The notes under the pieces were generated by a model that was not told the DNA's origin, ran no database searches, and saw only the letters and a program-made list of their open reading frames with translations. Below, piece after piece: positions 20,919-30,973 of a stretch of 64,000 bases of DNA; the stretch's first letter is position 1, and every line of letters starts with the position of its first letter. This DNA is from Candidatus Thalassarchaeum betae (GTDB lineage: Archaea; Thermoplasmatota; Poseidoniia; Poseidoniales; Thalassarchaeaceae). The DNA lies in contig JAKUUP010000001.1 in the NCBI GenBank assembly GCA_022447095.1, forward strand, positions 8,934-72,933, in the 5' to 3' direction. Position numbers and translations under genes: made by a program.

Positions 20919-23615
20919 ATGGCTGAGGATTTGCTTCGTAGAGACATCTCAGACGAGATGAAGGAGAGTTACATCAACTACGCGATGAGCGTAATCATCG
21001 GCAGAGCGCTGCCCGATGTCAGAGACGGGCTCAAGCCTGTCCATCGCAGAATCCTGTGGGGCATGCACCAAGCCGGGCACACCCACGAGAAGGGATACAG
21101 CAAGTCCGCCCGCTCGGTCGGCGAGGTGATGGGGAAGTACCACCCCCACGGCGACCAGGCCCTGTACGACACCATGGTCAGGATGGCCCAGGACTTCTCG
21201 TTGAGGTACCCACTGATAGACGGCCAGGGTAACTTCGGCTCGATAGACGGCGACCCACCTGCCGCAATGCGCTACACGGAGAGCAGGCTCGACAGACTGT
21301 CGCAGCACATGCTCGACGACATCAACAAGGCCACCATCGACATGGAACCAAACTTCGACGACACCGAGAGCGAGCCAACTGTGCTGCCCTCGCGCCTTCC
21401 GAATCTCCTGCTGAACGGCAGTGATGGTATCGCCGTCGGGATGGCAACCAAGATCCCCCCTCACAACCTGAACGAAGTCGCCGCAGCCATCAAGTTCCAC
21501 GTGGAGAGGGTAATCGAGCAGAATCGGAAAATCGGGCTCGACAACCCTCCAAAAATCGATGCTGCCGAGTACATGGAGTACCTCAAGGGGCCGGACTTCC
21601 CCACGGGGGCCACCATTCACGGCATCGACGGTATACTGGACATGTACCGCACCGGGCACGGCCGCTTCCACATCCGCTCTGACGTCGAGGTCCAAGAGGA
21701 TTCGCGTAGCAAGAGGTTGGTCGTGCACTCCATCCCCTATCAGGTGAAGAAAGCGGGGATGCTGCAAGGCATAGCCGAACTTGTCCAGAAGGAGGCGATC
21801 AAGGGGATACGCGACATCAGAGACGAGTCGAGCAAGGAGGGAATTAGAGTCGTCATCGAGATTAAGCAGAACGCCGACCCCCATGCCGTCCTAAACCAGC
21901 TCTACCAGTCCAGCAGACTACAGGAGTCCTACTCGGCCAACATGATGGGTATCCTCAAAGGAGAGCCGGTCCAACTCGACTTGCGGACAATCCTCCACAC
22001 TCACGTTCGCCATCGGGAATCAGTAATCGAGCGGAGAACTCAGTTCGATCTCGACAAGGCTGATGCCAGAGCACACATCCTCGACGGACTGATACGCGCG
22101 CAGAAGAGGATGAGCGAGATAATCGAGGTCGGCAGGAACTCCAATTCTCGCGACCAGTTCGAGCAGTACCTGCGCGGAGACGAGAAGTACCCGAAGATCA
22201 AGCGCTTCGGCTTCTCGGAGAAACAAGCCAAGGCAATCGCTGAGAGGCGCCTATACCAACTCACCAAACTGAATGTCCAAGAGGTCGCTGACGAACTCAA
22301 GAAACTGAAGGACGCCATCAAGGACTACAAGGATATCCTCGGCAGCAGAATCCGGCGCCTGAACATCGTGATCTCCGAACTGGACGAGGTCGTAGACAGA
22401 CATGGAGACGAGCGCAGATCTCAAATCGACCCCATGCCATTGTCGATGGACAGAGAGGATCTGGTTGCCGAGCAAGCGATTGTTATCTCGCTGACTCAGG
22501 ACAACTACATCCGGCACCTACCCGTCGAGTCGTTCCGACTGCAGAACAGAGGTGGCAAGGGCCTGAAGGGAGTGGCGACCAAAGAGGAAGATACGCCCTC
22601 TAAGATTGTGACTTGTTTCTCCAAGGACAGACTCCTCATCTTCACCGACATGGGTCGCGTCTACGGCCTCAGGGCTTGGGAGACACCTTCCGCTAGCCGC
22701 TACGGCAGGGGCTCGCATATCCGCAACCTGCTGACTCGGATCCGTGACGACGAGAAAGTCGTCTCCATCCTCCCGATGAACCGGAGTCTCATCGAGGACC
22801 CAGAGGGGCACTACCTGATATTCGCCACAGCCAACGGCCGAATCAAGAAGAGTAGGCTCTCGGAGTACGTCAAGATCAACCGCAACGGGAAGTACGCCCT
22901 TCGATTTGCGGAGGGAGAGGGAGATGCTCTGGTCACCGTCAGGCCCGCGACGGACGCCGACCACGTCGTTCTGGTGTCGTCCCAGGGCAACGCCTGTAGG
23001 TTCATGCCGGCCCAGGAGAAATCCAGGGTCGACCCAAACTCCGGCGAGACCGTGACCACGCACGTGGTCAGGGTGCAGGGAAGGGTCAGCCAAGGGGTGT
23101 CCGGCATGAAACTCAGGAAGGGCGACCAAGTAATCGGGATGATCGTCACCGACGACTTCGAAACCAGCGTTCTGACCATCTCGAAGTACGGGATGGCGAA
23201 GCGCAGCCGTCTGGGCTCGGGCGAGATGAAACCGGTCTCGGGCGATGATGGCGAGACGCTCCTCGACGAGGACGGAGGCGCCATTCAGGGGAGGGACGGC
23301 TACAGACGCACCAACAGAGGCACCAAGGGAGTTCGGACCATGTCCCTACGGGACGACGACCACATCGTCAGTGTCCGTCAGATTCCCGATCTCGACGACC
23401 AGCTGTTCATGCTCACCGGAACCGGGATGATGATCAGGATGGTGTCCGGTCAGACCAAGGAGACTCTCGGCAAGGTGACCAAGGGGACCCGCATTATGGA
23501 GCTGCGAAACGCCGACCGGACGGGATACGTCGACGAGATTATCTTCGTAGCGAGGCTCCCAGCCGACCTAGTCGACTCCTCGGACGCCGACGACACTTCG
23601 CTTGAGGAAGAGTGA
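20919..23615 (+). CDS. gyrA: DNA gyrase subunit A
   Basis: [58 protein letters not shown] (catalytic Tyr), and C-terminal beta-pinwheel repeats. Confidence 0.95.
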   Translation: MAEDLLRRDISDEMKESYINYAMSVIIGRALPDVRDGLKPVHRRILWGMHQAGHTHEKGYSKSARSVGEVMGKYHPHGDQALYDTMVRMAQDFSLRYPLIDGQGNFGSIDGDPPAAMRYTESRLDRLSQHMLDDINKATIDMEPNFDDTESEPTVLPSRLPNLLLNGSDGIAVGMATKIPPHNLNEVAAAIKFHVERVIEQNRKIGLDNPPKIDAAEYMEYLKGPDFPTGATIHGIDGILDMYRTGHGRFHIRSDVEVQEDSRSKRLVVHSIPYQVKKAGMLQGIAELVQKEAIKGIRDIRDESSKEGIRVVIEIKQNADPHAVLNQLYQSSRLQESYSANMMGILKGEPVQLDLRTILHTHVRHRESVIERRTQFDLDKADARAHILDGLIRAQKRMSEIIEVGRNSNSRDQFEQYLRGDEKYPKIKRFGFSEKQAKAIAERRLYQLTKLNVQEVADELKKLKDAIKDYKDILGSRIRRLNIVISELDEVVDRHGDERRSQIDPMPLSMDREDLVAEQAIVISLTQDNYIRHLPVESFRLQNRGGKGLKGVATKEEDTPSKIVTCFSKDRLLIFTDMGRVYGLRAWETPSASRYGRGSHIRNLLTRIRDDEKVVSILPMNRSLIEDPEGHYLIFATANGRIKKSRLSEYVKINRNGKYALRFAEGEGDALVTVRPATDADHVVLVSSQGNACRFMPAQEKSRVDPNSGETVTTHVVRVQGRVSQGVSGMKLRKGDQVIGMIVTDDFETSVLTISKYGMAKRSRLGSGEMKPVSGDDGETLLDEDGGAIQGRDGYRRTNRGTKGVRTMSLRDDDHIVSVRQIPDLDDQLFMLTGTGMMIRMVSGQTKETLGKVTKGTRIMELRNADRTGYVDEIIFVARLPADLVDSSDADDTSLEEE

Positions 23616-23661
23616 GTGAAACCGCTCGGCTTAAGCGATTAACGCGGGTGGCTAGAGCGCT

Positions 23662-23748
23662 GCGGCAGTCGCATAGCCTGGCCATTGCGCTGGATTGCTA
23701 ATCCAGTGGTGTTTCACCTCGGGAGTTCGAATCTCCCCTGCCGCGCCA
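23662..23748 (+). tRNA. tRNA-Ser (anticodon GCU), CCA encoded
   Basis: Acceptor GCGGCAG/CTGCCGC. Anticodon stem CTGGA/TCCAG with loop TTGCTAA. Long variable arm (GGTG-TTT-CACC). T-arm GGGAG-TTCGAAT-CTCCC, then G-CCA. Confidence 0.85.
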
Positions 23749-23760
23749 CCCTATACGGTG

Positions 23761-23792
23761 GTGTTCATGCGGGCAGGGCAGTGTTCATGCGG
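23761..23792 (+). repeat. Two perfect copies of GTGTTCATGCGG spaced 20 bp start-to-start, just 3' of tRNA-Ser
   Basis: Copies at 23761-23772 and 23781-23792, cross-checked with ORF-track frame 23685. Confidence 0.8.
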
Positions 23793-23812
23793 TTGACCGA
23801 CTCGCACCCAGC

Positions 23813-24592
23813 ATGGATTTGCTTGCGATGCTCAGGCTCGCCAAGCCCTCCAACGAACGCGATTGGGTGCCGGATAACGAGAGGATGGCGCATGCCGAGT
23901 TCGACGGGGACGAAGTCAGACTGAGGAATGTCAGGGACTTCGGCTGGCGCACCACCAGAGACTACGACGAGCGCTGGACCGAGATGAGTTTTCGACTGAG
24001 CGAAGTCTGTAAGATTTGGCTGGTCCTGGAGTACTTCGACCCCAAGCACCGGCCGATTGCCCACACCTTGATCAGTTTCGAGTTCGAGGATGGTAGGAGG
24101 CTGGCCTGCTCCATCGAAGTGCGCCGCGAGTTAGGAGAGGTGTACCATCCGCTCAAGGGTATGCTCAGGCAGTACGAGTTGCTCTATGTCTGGGCAACAG
24201 AGAGTGATGTGATAGGAGTGAGGGCAAGGTGCCGTAGGAAATCTAAGACGCATCTGTTCGAAGGAGTCGTGCTGGGGGAGGACAGTCACAGGAGGTTGCT
24301 GAAGTCGTTCCTCCTGAGGACAAACAAACTCCACGACGAGCCGGAGTGGTATCACAGCATCACCAACGCCTGCACGACCAACATAGTCAGGCACGTCAAC
24401 GAGGTCTATCCCGGAAGGGTCCCGAGAGCGATAGCAGTTCTGCTCCCAGGACTCAGCCCGAAGATGCTGGAGAGGAATAACCTGATCAGACTGGATGGTT
24501 CACTTGAGCAGACCATGGAGTCTAGTCTGATTGACCAGCGCTCGCTGGACTGGGACGGGGATTCGGACTACGGCAACTGGATCAGAGGATAG
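23813..24592 (+). CDS. DUF4105 (Lnb N-terminal-like) domain protein
   Basis: …RDWVPDNERMAHAEFDGDEVRLRNVRDFGWRT…WTEMSFRLSEV…IAHTLISFEFEDGRRLACSIEVRRELGEVY… follows the DUF4105 pattern as I remember it. Confidence 0.45.
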   Translation: MDLLAMLRLAKPSNERDWVPDNERMAHAEFDGDEVRLRNVRDFGWRTTRDYDERWTEMSFRLSEVCKIWLVLEYFDPKHRPIAHTLISFEFEDGRRLACSIEVRRELGEVYHPLKGMLRQYELLYVWATESDVIGVRARCRRKSKTHLFEGVVLGEDSHRRLLKSFLLRTNKLHDEPEWYHSITNACTTNIVRHVNEVYPGRVPRAIAVLLPGLSPKMLERNNLIRLDGSLEQTMESSLIDQRSLDWDGDSDYGNWIRG

Positions 24593-24634
24593 TCACATAC
24601 GAGGTTTCAACAGATTGTCGCCCATGGCGGTGCC

Positions 24635-25819
24635 ATGCTGACCATCGAGCCGATGGAGCTGGACGGCCCCATTGACTGGGCGCTGCCTCCATCCAAGAGC
24701 CACATGATTCGCTGGCTCGCCCTAGCCGCACAGGCCGAGGGAGAGACCGTTCTGAGTTTCGACGGTGAGCCGGGCGAGGACATACTCTCGATGGCCGAGT
24801 GCCTGCGGCAACTGGGTGCTGATATCGATCAGAGTGCCTCACAATGGAGCGTTATCGGTGTCGGCGCTGGTGGATTCAGCGAGCCGAAAGGGGTGCTGGA
24901 CTGCGGCAACTCTGGCACTGCTGTCCGCTTCCTGACCGCGATTGCGGCTGGAATCGAATCAGAAGTGATGCTGGACGGTGACGCCTCCCTGAGAAGACGT
25001 GATCTGTCAGCTCTGAACAGCGCTCTCCGTGAACTCGGCTGCAAGATATCATCGGACGCCGTGCCGCTGTCGGTGAAAGGCCCGATCGGCCCCGGAGGAA
25101 CCCATCTCGACATACGCTCATCCAGCCAGCCACTCTCCGCACTCCTAATCGCCTCTCCTGGGTACTCGAGACCCCTGCACCTTGGGCTGGCTGAGGGGTC
25201 TGTGAGTCGCGGCTACTCCCGACTCTCTTTCAAACTGGCAGAACTCTGCGGCTCGCCGAACCGACTCGACAGCGACATATTGGTGATCGAACCGTGGCGC
25301 GTCTCGGCACCGGCTGCAGTTGACATCCCGGATGAGACGAGCTTGCTCCCGATGGCGATGCTGATGTCCGAACTGCATTGCGTCGAGGTGGAGATTCGCG
25401 GCTGGGACAACGAGCTCCCTCCCGCATTGATGGCCTTGTCAGAACAAGCGAGTGAACTAGACCTGCGTGACGAGAGCGATGTCATCACGCCTGCGGCGGC
25501 ACTGCTCGCTCTGGTTCGAGGAGGTCGGATTACAGGTGCCGCCCACGCCAGAGGCAAGGAGTCAGACAGGATTCTCAGGACGGTCGAGATGCTTGCCTCC
25601 TTCGGCATGGCGTCGAGCGCGACGAATGATGGCATCGTGATTCCAGGCGGGCAGGTCCCGACGAGGCCGGAGTCACCTGTCGAGACACATGGTGACCACC
25701 GCATAGCGATGACGTCGATGGTGTTGGCCAGCAAGGTCGGGGGCACTATCGTCAACCCGGAAATAAGCGCCGTCACTGATCCGGGGTTCATCGAGAGATT
25801 GACCGGTTTGGGAGGGTAG
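24635..25819 (+). CDS. aroA: 3-phosphoshikimate 1-carboxyvinyltransferase (EPSP synthase)
   Basis: LPPSKSHMIRWLALAA, LDCGNSGTAVRFLTAIAA, LRRRDLS, ARGKESDR, GDHRIAM. Confidence 0.85.
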   Translation: MLTIEPMELDGPIDWALPPSKSHMIRWLALAAQAEGETVLSFDGEPGEDILSMAECLRQLGADIDQSASQWSVIGVGAGGFSEPKGVLDCGNSGTAVRFLTAIAAGIESEVMLDGDASLRRRDLSALNSALRELGCKISSDAVPLSVKGPIGPGGTHLDIRSSSQPLSALLIASPGYSRPLHLGLAEGSVSRGYSRLSFKLAELCGSPNRLDSDILVIEPWRVSAPAAVDIPDETSLLPMAMLMSELHCVEVEIRGWDNELPPALMALSEQASELDLRDESDVITPAAALLALVRGGRITGAAHARGKESDRILRTVEMLASFGMASSATNDGIVIPGGQVPTRPESPVETHGDHRIAMTSMVLASKVGGTIVNPEISAVTDPGFIERLTGLGG

Positions 25820-25820
25820 T

Positions 25821-26777
25821 ATGTCGAAGTTCAAGGAGAATTTGGGGACTCACCTGCTGCTCCTATTGGTGGCTGTGATATGGGGATCAACTTGGGCCGT
25901 AGGCAGATTCCTCAGCTATGGATTGGATGGATCAACTGGGGCCAATCTTGAGCCGGCCACCGCCGCTTGGCTGAGGTATACAGTAGCCGTAATCGCCTTC
26001 GTAGTCTGGTGCTGGGCATACAGGAATCGCAATGGTCCGAGGATGCTCCCTCACGACTCGCAATCATGGCGCTACACGATCTGGCTCGGACTGCTCGGAA
26101 CGATGGCGTACCAACTTCTCTTCATGCATGGAATGAAGTGGACTGCGGCTGGCGACGCTTCCCTAATCATCCCCATCAATCCGGTCTTCACCGTCCTCCT
26201 AGCAGCACCCATGCTGGGCCAGAAAGTGACGAGGAGGATGGCCTTCGGGCTGATACTCGGTATAATCGGAGTTAGTGCTGTGGTGGGCTGGAGTCCGAAC
26301 ACCGACATCCCGTTCGAACATCGATTACTAGGAGATGCGATGATTGTTCTCGCTGCCCTCGCTTGGGCGACAAATAGCAACCTGACCAAGATAGCGCTCG
26401 GAAAAGAGGGCATGGGCACTACCGAGGAGTTGGTAATTTGGTACTCGATTGTCGGTTGGGTGATGCTCACCCCCTGGATGTTGATTGAGATCTGGAACTC
26501 GGGCATACCCAGCCCCAGTACAACGGAGTGGGGTTCGATTGCTTATCTAGGTCTATTCTCTACCGTTCTGACCTATGTCTGGTTTGCAAGAGGAATTGAC
26601 AGGCTTGGCCCGACAACAGCAGCCTCCTACGTCTTCCTAGTACCTGTTTTCGGGGTCCTGAGTGGATGGGCATTGCTGGACGAGAGCATCGGGGCCTCGA
26701 TGCTCGTCGGCTTCGTCCTGATAGTTCTAGGCGTAAAAGAGGTCCAGAGGGAGAGCGAGAGACTCAGGGCCGATTGA
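25821..26777 (+). CDS. EamA/DMT-family transporter
   Basis: About 10 TM helices in two EamA-like halves (…LLVAVIWGSTWAVGR…; …YVFLVPVFGVLSGWALLDE…). Confidence 0.7.
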   Translation: MSKFKENLGTHLLLLLVAVIWGSTWAVGRFLSYGLDGSTGANLEPATAAWLRYTVAVIAFVVWCWAYRNRNGPRMLPHDSQSWRYTIWLGLLGTMAYQLLFMHGMKWTAAGDASLIIPINPVFTVLLAAPMLGQKVTRRMAFGLILGIIGVSAVVGWSPNTDIPFEHRLLGDAMIVLAALAWATNSNLTKIALGKEGMGTTEELVIWYSIVGWVMLTPWMLIEIWNSGIPSPSTTEWGSIAYLGLFSTVLTYVWFARGIDRLGPTTAASYVFLVPVFGVLSGWALLDESIGASMLVGFVLIVLGVKEVQRESERLRAD

Positions 26778-26780
26778 GGG

Positions 26781-26795
26781 AACGCCTACGGCGTT
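26781..26795 (+). terminator. GC-rich hairpin AACGCC-TAC-GGCGTT, 4 nt after the EamA stop
   Basis: 6-bp stem and 3-nt loop. No U-tract, so its function is uncertain. Confidence 0.3.
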
Positions 26796-26804
26796 GCCTC
26801 ATCG

Positions 26805-26812
26805 TTATATAG
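26805..26812 (+). promoter_or_regulatory. TATA-like box TTATATAG upstream of rpl10e
   Basis: Its last base lies 34 nt upstream of the ATG at 26846. Confidence 0.35.
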
Positions 26813-26845
26813 AGAGGGTCGGTGGCCCGCCAACGAGGTAGACAT

Positions 26846-27385
26846 ATGGCACGCAAGCCTGGCAGCATGTACCGTCAGATCAAGGGTCAGGCGTACACTC
26901 GCCGAGAGTACTCCGGCGGAGTGCCGAACAACCGCATACTGCGCTACTTCATGGGGAACCGAAAGATGGCCGAGGCGGGTCAGTTCGAAGTCGTAGTAGA
27001 GTTGTCTGCTGACGACGCATGCCAAGTTCGCGACACGGCTCTGGAGGCCGCACGGCAAGTAGCAAACGCGACCATCAGGAATAGTGCGGGAGAAATGGGC
27101 TACGCTCTACGCATGCACACCTATCCTCATCAGATCCTGCGCGAGAACAAACAAGCGACTGGGGCGGGCGCGGACCGTGTCTCTCTGGGTATGCGCCAGT
27201 CATTCGGCAAGAACGTCGGAACTGCCGCCCGGGTCAAGCCCGGTCAGACACTCGTCTCGATACAAACCAGCCCGGAGCATTACTTGGTTGCTCGGGATGC
27301 ACTACGGAAAGCAAGTTGCAAGCTCCCTACGTCCTGCACCGCCAAGATTGTGAAGGGTGCCGAGCATTTGAAGGGCCTAGTGTGA
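26846..27385 (+). CDS. rpl10e: 50S ribosomal protein L10e (uL16)
   Basis: MARKPGSMYRQIKGQAYTRREYSGGVP… is the canonical L10e N-terminus. The ORF-track start at 26822 is too early. Confidence 0.9.
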   Translation: MARKPGSMYRQIKGQAYTRREYSGGVPNNRILRYFMGNRKMAEAGQFEVVVELSADDACQVRDTALEAARQVANATIRNSAGEMGYALRMHTYPHQILRENKQATGAGADRVSLGMRQSFGKNVGTAARVKPGQTLVSIQTSPEHYLVARDALRKASCKLPTSCTAKIVKGAEHLKGLV

Positions 27386-27397
27386 GGTTGGTGGGCC

Positions 27398-27976
27398 ATG
27401 TCGCCCTCTGACCCCCTGACAGTACTGCAGGAGTCTCTGCGCGGAGCGCCTATCATCTGGAAGGGAGAATACCCTTACTTCATCCACCCCATCTCCGATG
27501 GCATCCCACGTATGGACGCCGATGTGCTGCGCGCCACCTGCGACCTCATCGTCGAGATGGTCGACTGGTCCAAGATCGATTTGATCGTCAGTGTCGAGGC
27601 CATGGGGCTGCCTCTCCTAGCTACTGTCGGAGACGCCACGGGCAAGCCCACCGTGGTGATTCGTAAGCGCTCGTACGGAATGGAGGGTGAAGTGAGGGTG
27701 GATGTCTCGACTGGTTACTCTGAGTCTAAGACCTACATCAACGACATCAAATCTGGAGAGAGGATACTGATTGTCGATGATGTCATCTCCACAGGCGGCA
27801 CTCTAGAGCCTATCCTCGAGACACTTGAGGGAATGGGCGTAGTATTGCAGGACATCGTAGTGGCCATCGAGAAAGGCGAGGGTCGAGAGAGATTGGCCCG
27901 AGAGCGTCCGAACTGGCCGATCAGGACGCTGGCCAGAATTGACATAATCGACGGAGCGGTTCAGATAATCGAGTGA
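27398..27976 (+). CDS. hpt: Archaeal-type hypoxanthine/guanine (purine) phosphoribosyltransferase
   Basis: PRPP-binding motif ILIVDDVISTGGTL and an archaeal Hpt-like N-terminal region (…YFIHPISDGIP…VEAMGLPL…VVIRKRSY). Confidence 0.65.
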   Translation: MSPSDPLTVLQESLRGAPIIWKGEYPYFIHPISDGIPRMDADVLRATCDLIVEMVDWSKIDLIVSVEAMGLPLLATVGDATGKPTVVIRKRSYGMEGEVRVDVSTGYSESKTYINDIKSGERILIVDDVISTGGTLEPILETLEGMGVVLQDIVVAIEKGEGRERLARERPNWPIRTLARIDIIDGAVQIIE

Positions 27977-27980
27977 TCCC

Positions 27981-29087
27981 ATGGACTTAGACCGACACGA
28001 TTTCCAGTTAGATGAGCTCGTAGAGCGCATCAAGTCGAACGACAACAGGTTGGTGGCGCTGCAGGTCCCTGAGGGACTCAAGATGCAGGCCCTTGAGATG
28101 ATGGACTCGATTGAGGACGGGTCTTCAGCGAAGGTGATTCTGGCCGCTGACCCGTGCTACGGCGCTTGTGACCTGGTGCACGACAAGATGCGCTCGATGG
28201 GGGTTGAGTTGGTGGCCCACATGGGGCACAGCCAGATGAATATCGACTCTGGCATGCCTACTCACTTCATCCCCGTCACCTACGACGGCGACCCAGAGTT
28301 GGCACCGGCCGTTCCCTTTCTGGAACGGCACCGGGCAATCGCCCAATCTCGTTTGGACTCGTCGGACGGAGAAGAGTTGGATGAGGACGCTGCAAAGCAG
28401 CGCTTCTTGGATGCCGTTGGACGTGTGGCTCCCCTGACTGGTACAAAACTAGGGCTGGTGGGCTCGATACAGCACCTCCACCTCCTGCCTGATTTCAAAG
28501 AGAGGCTCGAGAAGGCGGGTTTCGAGGTGGAGATCCCAGTAGGAGGGGACAGGCTTACTTTCCCCGGACAGGTTCTCGGGTGTAACTACTCGGGCGATAC
28601 GCCGTCGATAGGTCACTACCTCTTCCTCGGCTCGGGTGACTTCCACCCCATCGGCCTAGTTCTCCACACCGGCAAGCCGCTAACTATGCTCGATCCCTAC
28701 ACCGGGGATTCAACTGAGATGTCATTAGAACGCGTCGAGCGCATACTGCGCCAGCGCTTCGGTCTAATCATGGCCGTCGGTGACGCCAAGACGTTTGGCA
28801 TCCTCATCGGCGAGAAGCCCGGGCAGATGCGTCGCAATTTGGCCATCCGGATGAAGCGGCTCCTCGAAGAGCACGGACGCAAGGGCTACCTCCTCGCTCT
28901 AGATCACATTGGACCTGAACTGATTGATTTTTACCCCGTTGACGCCTTCGTCAATACTGCCTGCCCTCGAATCGCCATCGACGACTCGGTGAAGTACGCC
29001 AAACCGCTCATCACCCCCTACGAACTAGAGGTCGCTCTCGGCGAGAAGGAATGGCAGAGCGGATACCAGTTCGATGAGATTCCATGA
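27981..29087 (+). CDS. dph2: 2-(3-amino-3-carboxypropyl)histidine synthase (diphthamide synthesis, Dph2)
   Basis: RLVALQVPEGLK, ILAADPCYGACD, …NTACPRIAIDD…. Confidence 0.85.
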   Translation: MDLDRHDFQLDELVERIKSNDNRLVALQVPEGLKMQALEMMDSIEDGSSAKVILAADPCYGACDLVHDKMRSMGVELVAHMGHSQMNIDSGMPTHFIPVTYDGDPELAPAVPFLERHRAIAQSRLDSSDGEELDEDAAKQRFLDAVGRVAPLTGTKLGLVGSIQHLHLLPDFKERLEKAGFEVEIPVGGDRLTFPGQVLGCNYSGDTPSIGHYLFLGSGDFHPIGLVLHTGKPLTMLDPYTGDSTEMSLERVERILRQRFGLIMAVGDAKTFGILIGEKPGQMRRNLAIRMKRLLEEHGRKGYLLALDHIGPELIDFYPVDAFVNTACPRIAIDDSVKYAKPLITPYELEVALGEKEWQSGYQFDEIP

Positions 29088-30337
29088 ACGCCCGTGCGTC
29101 ACAGACGGGTGTATGCGAGTTCGCTGCTCCAAATATGTCTAATAACGATGTGAGCACGAGTCACATGATGGCCGACTACCTCAATAGAATAGGAGCGGGG
29201 AAAGTCCTGCTGGACAGAGCGCCGTTCTCATTCGACTGGACACCGCCCGCATTGGTTGGTCGGGATTCGGAGCTTCGGGAACTGGCTTCCATGTTCATCG
29301 GTATGGAAAGCCACGGAGTTGGGGGAAGAGCAGTAATCACAGGTCCTGTCGGCTCTGGGAAGACTGTCATAACGCGCCGCTTCGGAGAAGACCTACAGCG
29401 CCTGCTGGACGGGCGCAGGAAGATCGTTCTGGCACATGTCAACTGCCGCAACCACCCAACCACCTCGCAGGTCCTACAGCAGATTGCGCTCTCCCTCGAC
29501 TCCGGTCACCCTGAGCGAGGTTTTAGTTCAGGCGAGATCGTCCAGTCCATCCGTCGCAACTTGAATTCACATGAGAGTCATCTGCTTCTGGTCCTCGACG
29601 AGGTAGATGTCCTGATCAGGAGAGAGAAGTCCGACCTCATCTACAAACTGCTGAGGATCGACGAAGGACAGGATCAGCAAGGCTCCCTATCACTGATACT
29701 GGTGAGTCAAGATGCCTCCATGCTGAAGTTGTTCGAAGCCGCTATCATCTCTCGCCTCGGAGAGAGTAATATCCTAGATTTACAACCCTACGACGAGCCT
29801 GAATTGGTGGGCATCGCCAGACAACGCTACGAAGAGGCTTGCAGGCCGGGATCAGTAGGCGACGAAACCCTAGCTAAGATTGGTAGGTTCGCCTCTGACT
29901 CCGGAGACGCGCGCCTCGCGATCGAGTTGCTAGAGGCCGCGGTCCGCCGTGCGGAGAAGGATGGTAGGGGCGATGTCCTAGTGGAGGACGTACGCCCCAG
30001 CACACTGCGGGCAGCCTCTGTCGAGCCGAGTCAGGTCGACAACCTAGGAAGGCATCAGAAACTAGTCCTCCTCGGAATCTGCAGGCGCCTGAAGAAGGTC
30101 GATGAGATATCCAGCGGCGATGCACAGAAACTGTACAACCTAGTTTGCGAGGAGTTTGGAGCCCGACCCCGTAGTTATACGACATTCTGGAAGCACCTCA
30201 AGGTGCTCGAGACCCAAGGGCTGATTGAGACTAGGACGGCCAATGCATCGGTCGGAAGGGGCAGGACCCAACACATCACGATGACCAACACCGCACCTGC
30301 TGTCCTCGAGAGTCGGATAGAGAAGGAATTCCAATGA
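29084..30337 (+). CDS. orc1: Orc1/Cdc6 replication initiator
   Basis: LVGRDSELRELA, Walker A GPVGSGKT, Walker B LLLVLDEVD, GDARLAIELLE, C-terminal winged helix. ATGA overlap with the dph2 stop. An alternative ATG lies at 29135. Confidence 0.85.
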   Translation: MNARASQTGVCEFAAPNMSNNDVSTSHMMADYLNRIGAGKVLLDRAPFSFDWTPPALVGRDSELRELASMFIGMESHGVGGRAVITGPVGSGKTVITRRFGEDLQRLLDGRRKIVLAHVNCRNHPTTSQVLQQIALSLDSGHPERGFSSGEIVQSIRRNLNSHESHLLLVLDEVDVLIRREKSDLIYKLLRIDEGQDQQGSLSLILVSQDASMLKLFEAAIISRLGESNILDLQPYDEPELVGIARQRYEEACRPGSVGDETLAKIGRFASDSGDARLAIELLEAAVRRAEKDGRGDVLVEDVRPSTLRAASVEPSQVDNLGRHQKLVLLGICRRLKKVDEISSGDAQKLYNLVCEEFGARPRSYTTFWKHLKVLETQGLIETRTANASVGRGRTQHITMTNTAPAVLESRIEKEFQ

Positions 30338-30343
30338 TTCGAA

Positions 30344-30360
30344 AAGCGCCGTAGGCGCTT
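30344..30360 (+). terminator. GC-rich hairpin AAGCGCC-GTA-GGCGCTT, 7 nt after the orc1 stop
   Basis: 7-bp stem and 3-nt loop. No U-tract. Confidence 0.3.
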
Positions 30361-30370
30361 GCGAACCGCT

Positions 30371-30378
30371 CTTATAGG
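30371..30378 (+). promoter_or_regulatory. TATA-like box CTTATAGG about 30 nt upstream of the rps6e start
   Basis: The spacing fits a leaderless or very short-leader transcript. Confidence 0.4.
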
Positions 30379-30404
30379 CGCCTCATGTCGGGAGGCCGTC
30401 CGAG

Positions 30405-30911
30405 GTGATGGAAGTGGCAGCAGAGCAGGCCTTCAAGGCAGTAATCAATGACACCGCGCCATCTTCTGGCGGACGAGCCTTTGGTATCGAAATCACCGGC
30501 TCGAACTACAATCACTTCCTCGGTAAGAGAATCGGAGACACCGTCGATGGCATGTTCGTCGGCGAGGGTGACAAGTCGCTCTCCGGCTACAAGTTGCAGA
30601 TCACTGGCGGGTCTGACCTCACAGGACGCCCCATGCGCCCCGAACTCGCTGGCGGCGGAATCAAGTCAGTGCTCATTACCGCTGGAACTGGATACAAAGG
30701 GAAGCGCTACGTCAACAAGAGAGGCAAGGTCTACCGGTACAAGTACGATGGGATTCGTAGGCGAAGAAATCTTCGTGGCAACGTGGTCAGTCAGGACACC
30801 CGACAGATCAACCTGAAAATCACCGAGGTGGGCAATCGCTCCCTCGACGCCATCTTCGGCCTCGTCGATGAGGCAGTACCTGTCGAGGCGCCCTCTGGAG
30901 AAGAGGAGTGA
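30405..30911 (+). CDS. rps6e: 30S ribosomal protein S6e
   Basis: FKAVINDT…GYKLQITGGSDLTGRPMRP…GKRYVNKRG…RRRRNLRGN is the S6e pattern. Start is GTG 30405 or ATG 30408. Confidence 0.85.
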   Translation: MMEVAAEQAFKAVINDTAPSSGGRAFGIEITGSNYNHFLGKRIGDTVDGMFVGEGDKSLSGYKLQITGGSDLTGRPMRPELAGGGIKSVLITAGTGYKGKRYVNKRGKVYRYKYDGIRRRRNLRGNVVSQDTRQINLKITEVGNRSLDAIFGLVDEAVPVEAPSGEEE

Positions 30912-30973
30912 ATCGACGGGGGGGATGAGAACTGGGACAGAGCCTCCCCCGTCAACCCGAAGTCAACATAGGC

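Noticed and set aside
20949-21884. 311-aa ORF antisense to gyrA. Similar long antisense ORFs lie at 19248-19952, 22518-23129, 25213-25791, 31408-32142, 41923-42513, 42858-43616, 45670-46356, 46769-47836 and 3319-3942.
   Set aside because: Each lies entirely inside a confidently identified gene on the opposite strand. They have Arg/Ser/Pro/Gly-rich low-complexity composition typical of shadow ORFs in GC-rich DNA, and no recognisable motifs.
23685-23924. 79-aa ORF overlapping tRNA-Ser, and 64-aa ORF 63595-63789 overlapping tRNA-Phe.
   Set aside because: Both simply read through tRNA genes. The cloverleaf structures are unambiguous.
23662-26777. Possible integrated mobile element at tRNA-Ser.
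   Set aside because: There is no integrase, recombinase or phage-like gene, and I could not find a duplicated tRNA 3' fragment in the window. Downstream genes (aroA, EamA, rpl10e) are housekeeping. Only the short direct repeat is retained as a minor finding.
29000-30404. Replication origin directly adjacent to canonical orc1.
   Set aside because: orc1 overlaps dph2 upstream (ATGA). Only a 67-bp spacer with a hairpin and a TATA-like box follows it. There is no AT-rich tract or ORB-like repeat.
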